NCBI RefSeq assembly: GCF_019968905.1
Contig: NZ_CP079946.1
Span: 5,921,356 to 5,985,355 of the forward strand
Reading direction: 5' to 3'
Length of the DNA: 64,000 nt
Origin: Corallococcus sp. EGB
Lineage (GTDB): Bacteria; Myxococcota; Myxococcia; Myxococcales; Myxococcaceae
Position 1 is the first letter of the stretch. Every line of letters begins with the position of its first letter. The notes under the pieces were generated by a model. It was not told the origin of the DNA. It searched no databases and saw nothing but the letters and a program-made list of their open reading frames with translations. This document shows positions 9,217-17,442 of the stretch, in pieces. The position numbers and the translations under genes were made by a program.

Positions 9217-11538
9217 ATGAACCGCGTCCTCCTGCTGGCCGGACTGTTGAGCCTCGTTGCGTGCAAGGGCAACATCGGGCCAAACACCCACAACGGCGGC
9301 CCCAACAACCCAGACGGTGGGTCCAGTGGGGACCTGGGCGCCGCGTGCGTGGTGCAGTCGGTGCTCGCCAATCGCTGCGCCAGCTGTCACGGCGCGCTGC
9401 CGACCCAGGGGGCGACGATGCCGCTGCGCACCCTGCACGACATGCGGGTGAGCTCGGCGATGGATGGGACGCTCAGCAACGCCCAGCGCGCGCTCATCCG
9501 GATGCGCGACGACGCGGCTCCGATGCCGCCGGCCCCGCATGAGCGCGCGAGCGCAGCCGAACGCGCCGCGCTCGAGACCTGGATCGGGGAGGGCATGCCC
9601 CTCTGCAGTGGCACGGATGGCCCGCCCGTGACCGCCGTGGCCGAGCCCAACCTGCTCGATCAGTCCGCGCTCTTCACCTGCACCGAGGGCGTGCGCTCGG
9701 ATGCGCCGACGCGCATCCGCCGCATGAACCGGCGCGAGTTCACCCGCAACGTCGGTGGCTCGGTCGAGCGCAGCTGGACCGGGTTCAGCTTCTACGACAA
9801 CCCGCTCGATCCCAGCGCCATCGAGCAGTACAGCTCCTGGGCCACGGACGAGACGTTGGACGAGGCCACGGTGGAGCTCTTCCTGCCGGTGGTCGGCGCG
9901 GCCGCATCGCCATGGACGATGAACTACCCGGACGGCAACCGGATGGAGCGTGTCTTCACCGACAGCCGCTTCCGCTGCATGTTCGAGGACGCCAACCCGA
10001 GCGACGCCTGCAAGCGCTTCCACCTCGGCCAGATGCTCGAGTTCGGCGTCTTCTTCCGCCCGCCCACCGAGGATGAGCTCACGCGCCTCACCGCCTTCGC
10101 GACCGCGGTCATCGCGCAGGAGCCGAGCTACTCCCCACAAATCCGCGCGGAGTCCATCACGCGGATCTCCAACGCCGCGTGGATGATGACGGGCGCCATG
10201 TTCCGCCGCGAGATGGGCGGCGAGCCGGCCGACGGCCGCGTGGAGCTGACCAGCCTCGAGCTGGGCTCGCAGCTGGCCTACGCGCTGGCAGGGCGCGCGC
10301 CCTCGGCCACGCCGAGCTTCGTGTGGCCGTACTACTCCGCGCCCCGCGAGGGGCATCTGGCGGACGTGGCCCTTGCCGCGAAGGATGGCTCGCTCACGCA
10401 GGATGCGACGACCGCCGCGCTGATCACGAAGTACCTGGGCGGCGTCGACGCCAACCAGAACGGGACCCCGCGCTTCGATCTGGTGCAGGACTACAACGAG
10501 GATCAGCGCTCCAAGCGCGGGCAGTACTGGCTGGGTGACGGCGTCGCGGGCTTCTTCCGCGAGTGGCTCGGCTACGGGCATGTGTCCGCGGTGTTCAAGG
10601 AGTCCCCGGCGGCGACCTCGCGCTTCGAGCTCGAGGGGCTCGGCTACATCAGCTCGGTCTCGTACGACAACCTGCTCACCAACTTCCATCCGCTGGAGCC
10701 GACCTTCATCCAGCAGTTCGACGATCTCATCGCGCGGGTGGTCGTCGAGGATCAGGACGTGCTGGCGAACCTGCTCACCACACGCACCTTCTACGTGCCC
10801 TCCATGCAGAACGCGGCGTACGACTCGCACAAGGGCCTCTCTCACCCCTACAACGTCAGCGAGATCCTCCCGGCGACCGTCGCGGGCCGCTGGAAGACGC
10901 TGCCCGCCACCGAGCGCGCGGGCGTGCTGACCCACCCGGTGTGGCTGGCGTCGCATGGCGGCAACTTCGAGGACGATCCGTCCATCGTCCACCGCGGCAA
11001 GTGGGTGCGCGAGAACCTCCTGTGCGGCTTCGTCCCGCCGCTCAGCAGCGTGCAGGTGGCGGCCCAGGTCGGCCCTCACGCCGCCGACAAGAACGCGCGC
11101 CGCCGCCTGCAGGAGGCGACCGCCGGAGCGCAGTGTCAGGGCTGTCACCGTCTGATGGAACCCCTCGGCCTGCCCTTCGAGATCTACAACCACGCGGGCT
11201 TCCTGCGCGCGCGGGATCACTCGCCCAGCGGGGGCTGGACCACGCCGGACGGAAGCTCGACACTCACGTCGATGCCAGACCCCGCGCTGGACGGTCCGGT
11301 GCGCGACGCGGTGGAGTTGAGCGAGCGCCTGGCGACCTCGCGGCACGTGAAACGCTGCTTCGTGCGACAGGCCTTCCGCTACTTCATGGGACGCCCGGAG
11401 AACCTGAGCGACGCCTGCACGCTGACGCGGATGGAGCAGGCCTATGATCAGAACAGGGGCTCGTTCTCCAAGATGCTGACCACGCTGATGACCAGCGACA
11501 CCTGGAAGACGCGGCGTGTGCCGCAGGCAGGAGAGTGA
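9217..11538 (+). CDS. large lipoprotein of the DUF1592/DUF1595/DUF1587/DUF1588/DUF1585 (planctomycete-cytochrome-like, PSD1-type) family with two CxxCH motifs
   Basis: 773 aa. Lipobox LLSLVAC. CASCHG near the N-terminus and AQCQGCHRLMEPLG near the C-terminus. Family assignment is from the overall architecture and motif placement, without alignment. Confidence 0.6.
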   Translation: MNRVLLLAGLLSLVACKGNIGPNTHNGGPNNPDGGSSGDLGAACVVQSVLANRCASCHGALPTQGATMPLRTLHDMRVSSAMDGTLSNAQRALIRMRDDAAPMPPAPHERASAAERAALETWIGEGMPLCSGTDGPPVTAVAEPNLLDQSALFTCTEGVRSDAPTRIRRMNRREFTRNVGGSVERSWTGFSFYDNPLDPSAIEQYSSWATDETLDEATVELFLPVVGAAASPWTMNYPDGNRMERVFTDSRFRCMFEDANPSDACKRFHLGQMLEFGVFFRPPTEDELTRLTAFATAVIAQEPSYSPQIRAESITRISNAAWMMTGAMFRREMGGEPADGRVELTSLELGSQLAYALAGRAPSATPSFVWPYYSAPREGHLADVALAAKDGSLTQDATTAALITKYLGGVDANQNGTPRFDLVQDYNEDQRSKRGQYWLGDGVAGFFREWLGYGHVSAVFKESPAATSRFELEGLGYISSVSYDNLLTNFHPLEPTFIQQFDDLIARVVVEDQDVLANLLTTRTFYVPSMQNAAYDSHKGLSHPYNVSEILPATVAGRWKTLPATERAGVLTHPVWLASHGGNFEDDPSIVHRGKWVRENLLCGFVPPLSSVQVAAQVGPHAADKNARRRLQEATAGAQCQGCHRLMEPLGLPFEIYNHAGFLRARDHSPSGGWTTPDGSSTLTSMPDPALDGPVRDAVELSERLATSRHVKRCFVRQAFRYFMGRPENLSDACTLTRMEQAYDQNRGSFSKMLTTLMTSDTWKTRRVPQAGE

Positions 11539-11543
11539 TTGCC

Positions 11544-12941
11544 ATGTTCTCGCGACGAACCGTCCTGAAGGGCATGGCCGCTGGCCTCTTCGCGCCCTAC
11601 TTCCACGACGTCTACGCCCAGTCGTCAGCGTTGCCGGCGCGCCTGGTGCTGGTCCTCGAGTGCAATGGCGTCTACCCCCGCGCGCTCCTGAGCACGGGCA
11701 CCCGCGCGGCGCTGGGTGGCCGCGCCAACACCTCCGACCGCATCTTCTGGGACGCGTACAAGGACACGCCGTTGGTGCGTGAGGGCGACAATCTCGCCAG
11801 CGCGATCAGTCTCGGGCCGCTGGCGGCGTCTTCCGGCAACATCGACCTGGTGAACCGCTCCGCCGTGCTGCTGGGGCTTTCGAACCTCATCGCGGGCGGC
11901 GGGCACTCCAGCGGGACGGGCGGGTTGAGCTGCGCGGTGAACGGCGCGGGCGCGACCTTCGACGCGGTGATCGCACCTCGCCTGCGCCGGGGCGCCCCGT
12001 TCGACGTGCTGCGCCTGGGCACCAGCTCCGCGCGCGTGTCGATCGTGTACGAAACCTGCGCGCTCGGCCCCCGCAAGCCCGCGGGCATCATCGTCAACCC
12101 GTCGCTCGCGTTCGACAGCACCTTCGGCTCGCTGCTCGGCGGTTCGACGAGTGGGCGCGATCGCAAGATGCTCTTCGACTTCGCGCTGGCCGACTCGCGC
12201 AAGGCGCTGGCGGCGTTCAGCGGCAACTCCAACGAGCGGCTGAAACTGGAGCGCTACGTCTCCTCGCTCGAGTCGCTGCGCACGCGGGAGGCTCAGCTCA
12301 CAGGCATGGCGGACCGCGTGCGGCCCTACCTGCCGCCGGTGCCGAAGGACAACCCGCTGATCACCGGAGCGGGCTCGCCGCCCGACTCGCTGAAGTGGTT
12401 CGAGGCGCAGTTCCAGATCGCCACGGCGTCCCTTCTGGGGGGGCTGACGAACACGGTCGTGCTGGCGACGGGCACTTCGGGCTTCGACGTGTCCTACGGC
12501 CCGGACGTGAGCGACACCCCGCGGCACAACTTGCAGCACGGCCTGGATGCGGGGCAGAACTGGGAGAAGGTCGCCGAGGTCACCCGCCGCCACGTGCAGT
12601 TGGTGGCGAACCTGGCGAGGACGCTGGCCGCCACGCCCGAGGTTGGCGCGAGCGGCACGATGCTGGATCACACGGCGATCGTCTTCATGTCCGACAACGG
12701 CGAGCAGCACCACTCCACCTCGCGCGAGTGGCCGAAGCTCGTGGTGGGCGGCAACGCGCTGGGCCTGAAGACCGACGGGCGCACGATCGTGTACCCGAAG
12801 TACGACGCGGCCCGGAACCGGCAGGTCTCCAACCTCTTCAACACGCTCGGCCACGCGTTCGGAGACGCGGCCTTCAACACCTTCGGGCAGGAGGGCAGCA
12901 CGCGCATCGCGCCGGGGCCGCTGAGCGAGCTGTTTGGCTGA
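11544..12941 (+). CDS. DUF1552-family protein with a Tat signal, the usual partner of DUF1592-family proteins
   Basis: MFSRRTVLKGMAAGLFAP is a twin-arginine signal. GGAGAG RBS 8 nt upstream of the ATG at 11544. Ends SDNGEQHHSTSREWPKLVVGG... The start overlaps/abuts the stop of the upstream gene, which implies an operon. Confidence 0.6.
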   Translation: MFSRRTVLKGMAAGLFAPYFHDVYAQSSALPARLVLVLECNGVYPRALLSTGTRAALGGRANTSDRIFWDAYKDTPLVREGDNLASAISLGPLAASSGNIDLVNRSAVLLGLSNLIAGGGHSSGTGGLSCAVNGAGATFDAVIAPRLRRGAPFDVLRLGTSSARVSIVYETCALGPRKPAGIIVNPSLAFDSTFGSLLGGSTSGRDRKMLFDFALADSRKALAAFSGNSNERLKLERYVSSLESLRTREAQLTGMADRVRPYLPPVPKDNPLITGAGSPPDSLKWFEAQFQIATASLLGGLTNTVVLATGTSGFDVSYGPDVSDTPRHNLQHGLDAGQNWEKVAEVTRRHVQLVANLARTLAATPEVGASGTMLDHTAIVFMSDNGEQHHSTSREWPKLVVGGNALGLKTDGRTIVYPKYDAARNRQVSNLFNTLGHAFGDAAFNTFGQEGSTRIAPGPLSELFG

Positions 12942-12961
12942 GCCGTGAGAGCGGGCCGCGG

Positions 12962-13190
12962 AACCTGTCGAGGTGAAGGAGGCCGGCTGCCTGTCCGGCG
13001 CGCTCATGCGCGAGCTGTCCAACACCGTCATCCGCCGCGCGTACCAGCGCAGCAAGGGCGCCCTGCCCTTCATCGGCGTGGGCGGCGTCTTCACGGCACA
13101 GGACGTCTCCGAGGCGCTGCGCGCGGGCGCCACAGTTGTGCACGGACTTCATCTACGAGGGCCAGGGCCTGGGAAGGAGCGAGACTTCAC
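12962..13190 (+). pseudogene. degraded fragment of a pyrD 3' end (duplicated copy of roughly residues 260-335 of PyrD), out of frame at its 3' end
   Basis: Nucleotides around 12968-13185 align to 8851-9060 of pyrD at roughly 85-90% identity by eye, with a 9-nt deletion. The translation KEAGCLSGALMRELSNTVIRRAYQRSKGALPFIGVGGVFTAQDVSEALRAGATVV tracks the PyrD C-terminus and then shifts frame. Confidence 0.7.
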
Positions 13191-13284
13191 ATGATTCCAC
13201 ACTTGGAGGGTGCGGGCGGCCGTGCGACGGGGGTTGCTCGCTCCAACGCGTGCGCGGGCACGGGTGCTTGGGTATAGCGCGACC

Positions 13285-14247
13285 ATGCCCACCCTCCTCC
13301 TCAGCGCCAAGGACCTGCGCGGCCTCTACACCGTCGAGCTCGGTCTGGAAGCCGTCGAGCGTGCATTCCTGGCCCATGGCCGTGGCGACGCGCTCATGCC
13401 CCCCAAGGTGTATCTGTCCCTGCCGAAGTACGACGGCGACTTCCGCGCCATGCCCGCGTTCCTCGACGGCGCGGCTGGCGTGAAGTGGGTCAACGCCCAT
13501 CCCCAGAACCCGCGTAAGCACGGCCTGCCCACGGTGCGCGCCGTGTACGTGCTCAGTGACCCCGACACCGCGTCCCCGCTGGCCATCCTGGACGGCACGC
13601 TGCTCACCGCGTGGCGCACCGGCGCCGCGGGCGGCATCGCGTCCAAGTACCTGGCGAAGAAGCAGCCCCGTACGCTGGGGCTCGTGGGCTGCGGCGTGCA
13701 GGCGCGCGTGCTTATCGACGCGCACCGCGCCCTCTTCGGTGACCTGCAGCTGCTCCTGGCGGACGTGTCCCCGCAGGCCGCGGAGGCCCTCCAGAAGGAG
13801 AAGGGCGGCCGCGTGGTCAGCCTCCAGGAGGCCTCCGGCGCGGACATCGTCTGCTCCGCCACGCCCGCGCGCGCCCCCGTGGTCCGCCGCGAGTGGGTCC
13901 AGGCCGGCGCCCACATCAACGCCATGGGCGCGGACGCCCCCGGCAAGCAGGAGCTGGATCCGCGGCTGCTCGTCGACGGGCGCGTCTTCATCGACGACGC
14001 GGATCAGGCGCTCCACTCCGGCGAGGTGAACGTCCCGCTGCACGACGGGCTCCTCAAGCCCGAGCAGATTGCCGGAACCCTGGGCGAGGTCGTCGCGGGC
14101 CGCAAGCCCGGCCGCACCGGCACCGAGGTCACCGTCTTCGACTCCACCGGCCTCGCCGTGCAGGACGTAGCCCTGGCCCGCGCGCTCTATGACGTCGCCC
14201 TGGCCAAGGGCGCGGGCCAGCGGTTCGACCTGGTCGACGAAGGCTGA
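13285..14247 (+). CDS. ornithine cyclodeaminase / mu-crystallin family protein (Ala-DH-like NAD enzyme)
   Basis: MPTLLLSAKDLRGL...VKWVNAHPQNP...LGLVGCGVQA...TVFDSTGLAVQD is typical of the OCD/mu-crystallin family. The upstream GTG at 13210 is an alternative start. Confidence 0.8.
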   Translation: MPTLLLSAKDLRGLYTVELGLEAVERAFLAHGRGDALMPPKVYLSLPKYDGDFRAMPAFLDGAAGVKWVNAHPQNPRKHGLPTVRAVYVLSDPDTASPLAILDGTLLTAWRTGAAGGIASKYLAKKQPRTLGLVGCGVQARVLIDAHRALFGDLQLLLADVSPQAAEALQKEKGGRVVSLQEASGADIVCSATPARAPVVRREWVQAGAHINAMGADAPGKQELDPRLLVDGRVFIDDADQALHSGEVNVPLHDGLLKPEQIAGTLGEVVAGRKPGRTGTEVTVFDSTGLAVQDVALARALYDVALAKGAGQRFDLVDEG

Positions 14248-14337
14248 AGCACGGTGCCGGGCCGCCCGGCCTGTCCCACCTGATGCGTCCTCCTCGCGGG
14301 AACAACCCCGGGGGCGCACGGGTGCGGCGCTGTGAGG

Positions 14338-14386
14338 GAAAAAAGAGAGCGCTCGCCGGCACCTTGGAGTTTTACCGGCGAGCGCC
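14338..14386 (-). terminator. Rho-independent terminator-like hairpin for minus-strand transcription
   Basis: The perfect 11-bp stem gcgctcgccgg at 14349-14359 pairs with ccggcgagcgc at 14376-14386, with a 16-nt loop. On the minus strand it is followed by CTCTCTTTTTTCCC. Confidence 0.5.
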
Positions 14387-14815
14387 CCGGGCCGCGTGCC
14401 GACTGGCAGGGCCTCGTAAAGTCGCGGCGGATGTGAAGCGGCCCGCAGGCTCACTCCACGCCACCTTCATGTTTTCCTACCGTCCGCCCCGCGTCCCGTG
14501 AGCTCCAGGCCCCGCGCTCAGCGTCCGTTTCCTTTTCAACCCCTGCGCACCAGCGGTGATTCCAGCACCCGCCTGATCCGACCCGGCCAGGGTGGGCACG
14601 ATCACCGGTTCCGGCAACGCCCGTGGCGCCATTACCACGAACTGTTAACCAATCTCCACGAAAATCGAGCTATTCCCATCTATAACCTGCGCACACGCAG
14701 GCCCTGCGGAAGGCGCGCCGCCTCCACCCTACGAACGCGCCCGCCCCCGATTTCTTGGGGACGGGCGTGGATTATCCGGATCGGTCTGACATTTCCCGGC
14801 CCCCTGGGGCGGGTT

Positions 14816-15970
14816 TCAGCCCGGGGGAAGTCCTGCCACCTGGCGGTACAGCGCGTCATGCCGGCGCACGAGCTTCTCCAGGGACAGCTCGCGGGCGACG
14901 AAGCTCCGGGCGGCCTCGCCCATCTTCCGGGCCTCCTGGGGCTGGGACAGCAGCCGGCGGAAGGCCTGGGCCAGCTGGGCGGGCCGCTCCGGCTCCACCA
15001 CCAGCCCCCGCTCGCCATCCGCGATGAGGTCCGGGTTGCCGCCCACCCGCGTCACCACCATGGGCAGCCCCGCCGCCATGCCCTCCATCACCGCGTTGGA
15101 CATGCCCTCCGCCTTGGAGCACAGCACGCCGAACGTGGCCTGCCCGTAGACGGCCGGAACGTCCGTGCGGTGCCGCAGGAAGTGCACCCCGTCCGCCACC
15201 CCCAGCTCGTGCGCCATCTTCTCCAGCGCCGGCCGGCGCGGCCCGTCTCCCACGAACCATGCGTTCAGCCGCGTCCCCTCATGACGCAGCATGGCAAGCG
15301 CGAGGAGCACATCCTCCTGCCGCTTCACGGGGTGATTCATGTTGGCCACGTGGATGACCGTGGGCGTGCCGCCGGTGTCCGGCAGCGCGTCCTTGAGTCC
15401 TTCCGCGGCGCGGGCATCGAAGCGCGGCAGGTCCAGGCCGTTGTGGATGACGGAGATGCGCGAGGCGGGCAGCCCCTCCTCGCGCATCAGCATCTGGCGG
15501 ATGGCCTCCGCGTTGGCGACGACGTGGTCCGCCATGCGGGTCATCTGCGCGTGCAGCAGGCGGCGCGCCTTGCCCTGCCAGTGGGACAGGTCCAGCCGTC
15601 CGACGATGACCTTCGCGCCCGCGAGCTTCGCGGCCGGCACCGCGACGATGCTGGAGTAGAAGTCGTGCACGTGCACCAGTTGCACGCGCTGGCGCTTGAG
15701 CCAGCGCGCCATCCGGTGGATCTGCAACAGCGTGTTGGGCTGCGCGAGCGACCCCTTGAGCGGGAACACCTCCGGAGCGTGGCCCAGCTTCCACACCGCG
15801 CCCATCAGGGGCCCGGCGTCCTCCAGCACCGACACCTGCAACTGGTAGCTGGAGGGCAGGCCTCGCAGCAGCTCCAGCACCTGGACCTCGGTGCCGCCAA
15901 TGTGGAACGACCGGGTGAACTGCACCAGGCGGAGGGGCTCCTGCCCCACCCGCGCATCCTCACGCCGCAT
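14816..15970 (-). CDS. glycosyltransferase family 4 (GT-B fold)
   Basis: 384 aa. The C-terminal half has the GT4 motif region ...FGVLCSKAEGMSNAVMEGMAAGLPMVVTRVGGNPDLI... Confidence 0.8.
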   Translation of the reverse strand: MRREDARVGQEPLRLVQFTRSFHIGGTEVQVLELLRGLPSSYQLQVSVLEDAGPLMGAVWKLGHAPEVFPLKGSLAQPNTLLQIHRMARWLKRQRVQLVHVHDFYSSIVAVPAAKLAGAKVIVGRLDLSHWQGKARRLLHAQMTRMADHVVANAEAIRQMLMREEGLPASRISVIHNGLDLPRFDARAAEGLKDALPDTGGTPTVIHVANMNHPVKRQEDVLLALAMLRHEGTRLNAWFVGDGPRRPALEKMAHELGVADGVHFLRHRTDVPAVYGQATFGVLCSKAEGMSNAVMEGMAAGLPMVVTRVGGNPDLIADGERGLVVEPERPAQLAQAFRRLLSQPQEARKMGEAARSFVARELSLEKLVRRHDALYRQVAGLPPG

Positions 15971-17282
15971 GCCCAGACCCCTCCCACGTGGCCACCGGCG
16001 CGGGTTTCATCGCCGGCTGCCTCCCCACCGTCAGGGCGCGCTCCCGTGCCTGCGCGATGCGGTGCGCGCTCGCGGCCAGGCCGAAGAGCACGTAGCAGTG
16101 CGCGGACAGGATGTACCCCGAGAACAAGTCACAGATGAGATAGCCCGCCACCGACGCCAACAGCGCCCGCGCCAGCCAGCCCATCTCCGTGTCCGCGGAC
16201 GCAGCCGCGGCTCCGCCCACGGCGCCCCCCGAGAACACCAGGAAGCACAGGAGGCCCACCCACCCGAGCTCCCCGATGACGTCGAGGAAGATGTTGTGCG
16301 CCACGTAGGCGCGGTGCGCCTCCGGCGGCGCGTACTGGAACCACGCGTAGCGGAAGCCGCCCGCGCCCACGCCCAGCAGCGGCCGGTCCAGGCTCATGCG
16401 GCTGGCCACCTGCCACGCGTAGACGCGGCCCATGGCGGACGCGTCCTCGTGGAACGCCGCCACCGTCTCATTGCGCTCCCAGAAGCTCTTGGGCGCGAAC
16501 ACCGCGAGGCCCGCGACGAACACCGTGCCCAGCACGATGGCCTGCATGCGGCGCTTCTCACGGATGGCCCACATGGCCATGGCCACCGAGAGGCCAATGA
16601 AGCCGCCGCGCGAGTGCGACAGCACGATGGCCACCACCGCCAGCACCGCGGACACCGCGCACAGCACGCGGAACACCCACGGGGTGCTCTTGCGCGCGAG
16701 GAACGCCACCGCGAGCGGCACCACCAGCACCATGTTCATGGCCATGTGGTTGGGGTCCGCGTACACGCCGACCCAGCGCGAACGGAAGCCCTCCACCATG
16801 TTCTCGCCAACGATGTACCAGTTGATGACGCCAATGGACGTCACGATGGCGCCCAGCACCATGGCGCCGCACACCACCGCCAGCCGCCTGGGCGTGGTGA
16901 GGACGTTGACGAGCGTCAGGTAGATGGCCGTGAGCTTGAGCAGCTCCACGCCCTGGACGCGTGTCACGTCCGGGTTCACGCTCCACGCCACCGAGCAGAA
17001 CGCCAGCGACGAGAACGCCAGGAGCGCGATGCCCCGCGCGCCATCGAAGTAGATGGGCTCGGCCTTGCCGATGCGGCGCATCACCATCAGGCCCGCGGCC
17101 AGCCCGGACGTCAGCAGCGCGAGCCGCAGCGGCTCCAGCGCGGGAATCCACTCACCCGGCACGGCGTACATCACCGCCGCGAACCCCGTGAGCATGAAGA
17201 AAGCCAGTACGTCGCGACGCTTCCCCTCCGCGCCCGCTCCCATGTACGCCACCCCTTTGCTGTCGGTCGCTCGTCCCGTCAC
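15960..17282 (-). CDS. O-antigen ligase / Wzy-type polymerase family integral membrane protein
   Basis: Multi-TM protein with the Wzy_C signature VLSHSRGGFIGL and a long periplasmic loop. The start is uncertain and may be 17243. It overlaps the GT4 gene by 11 nt. Confidence 0.7.
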   Translation of the reverse strand: MTGRATDSKGVAYMGAGAEGKRRDVLAFFMLTGFAAVMYAVPGEWIPALEPLRLALLTSGLAAGLMVMRRIGKAEPIYFDGARGIALLAFSSLAFCSVAWSVNPDVTRVQGVELLKLTAIYLTLVNVLTTPRRLAVVCGAMVLGAIVTSIGVINWYIVGENMVEGFRSRWVGVYADPNHMAMNMVLVVPLAVAFLARKSTPWVFRVLCAVSAVLAVVAIVLSHSRGGFIGLSVAMAMWAIREKRRMQAIVLGTVFVAGLAVFAPKSFWERNETVAAFHEDASAMGRVYAWQVASRMSLDRPLLGVGAGGFRYAWFQYAPPEAHRAYVAHNIFLDVIGELGWVGLLCFLVFSGGAVGGAAAASADTEMGWLARALLASVAGYLICDLFSGYILSAHCYVLFGLAASAHRIAQARERALTVGRQPAMKPAPVATWEGSGHAA

Positions 17283-17442
17283 GCGCGTGCCCCTGGCCCT
17301 CGTTGCGGTTTGCGAACTGCAAACAGCTAGCGGCCCAGGGGCAAAGCAGCGCGCGTGCCAGGAACCCGCGTCGGGGATCGCCCGTATCTTCGGGCGGTTG
17401 CGGGATCGCCCGGGACCGCCGGGCGGCGCAAGGCTGAAAAAG

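Noticed and set aside
9034-11346. 770-aa minus-strand ORF antisense to the DUF1592-family gene
   Set aside because: The plus-strand product has a lipoprotein signal, CxxCH motifs and coherent composition. The antisense is an R/G/A/H-rich artefact
11625-13133. 502-aa minus-strand ORF antisense to the DUF1552 gene and the pyrD fragment
   Set aside because: GC artefact. It has no start context, and the sense strand carries a Tat-signal protein
12973-13194. 73-aa ORF resembling the PyrD C-terminus, considered as a possible intact small gene
   Set aside because: It lacks the entire N-terminal about 260 residues of PyrD and frameshifts before the native C-terminus, so it is a pseudogene fragment rather than a functional gene
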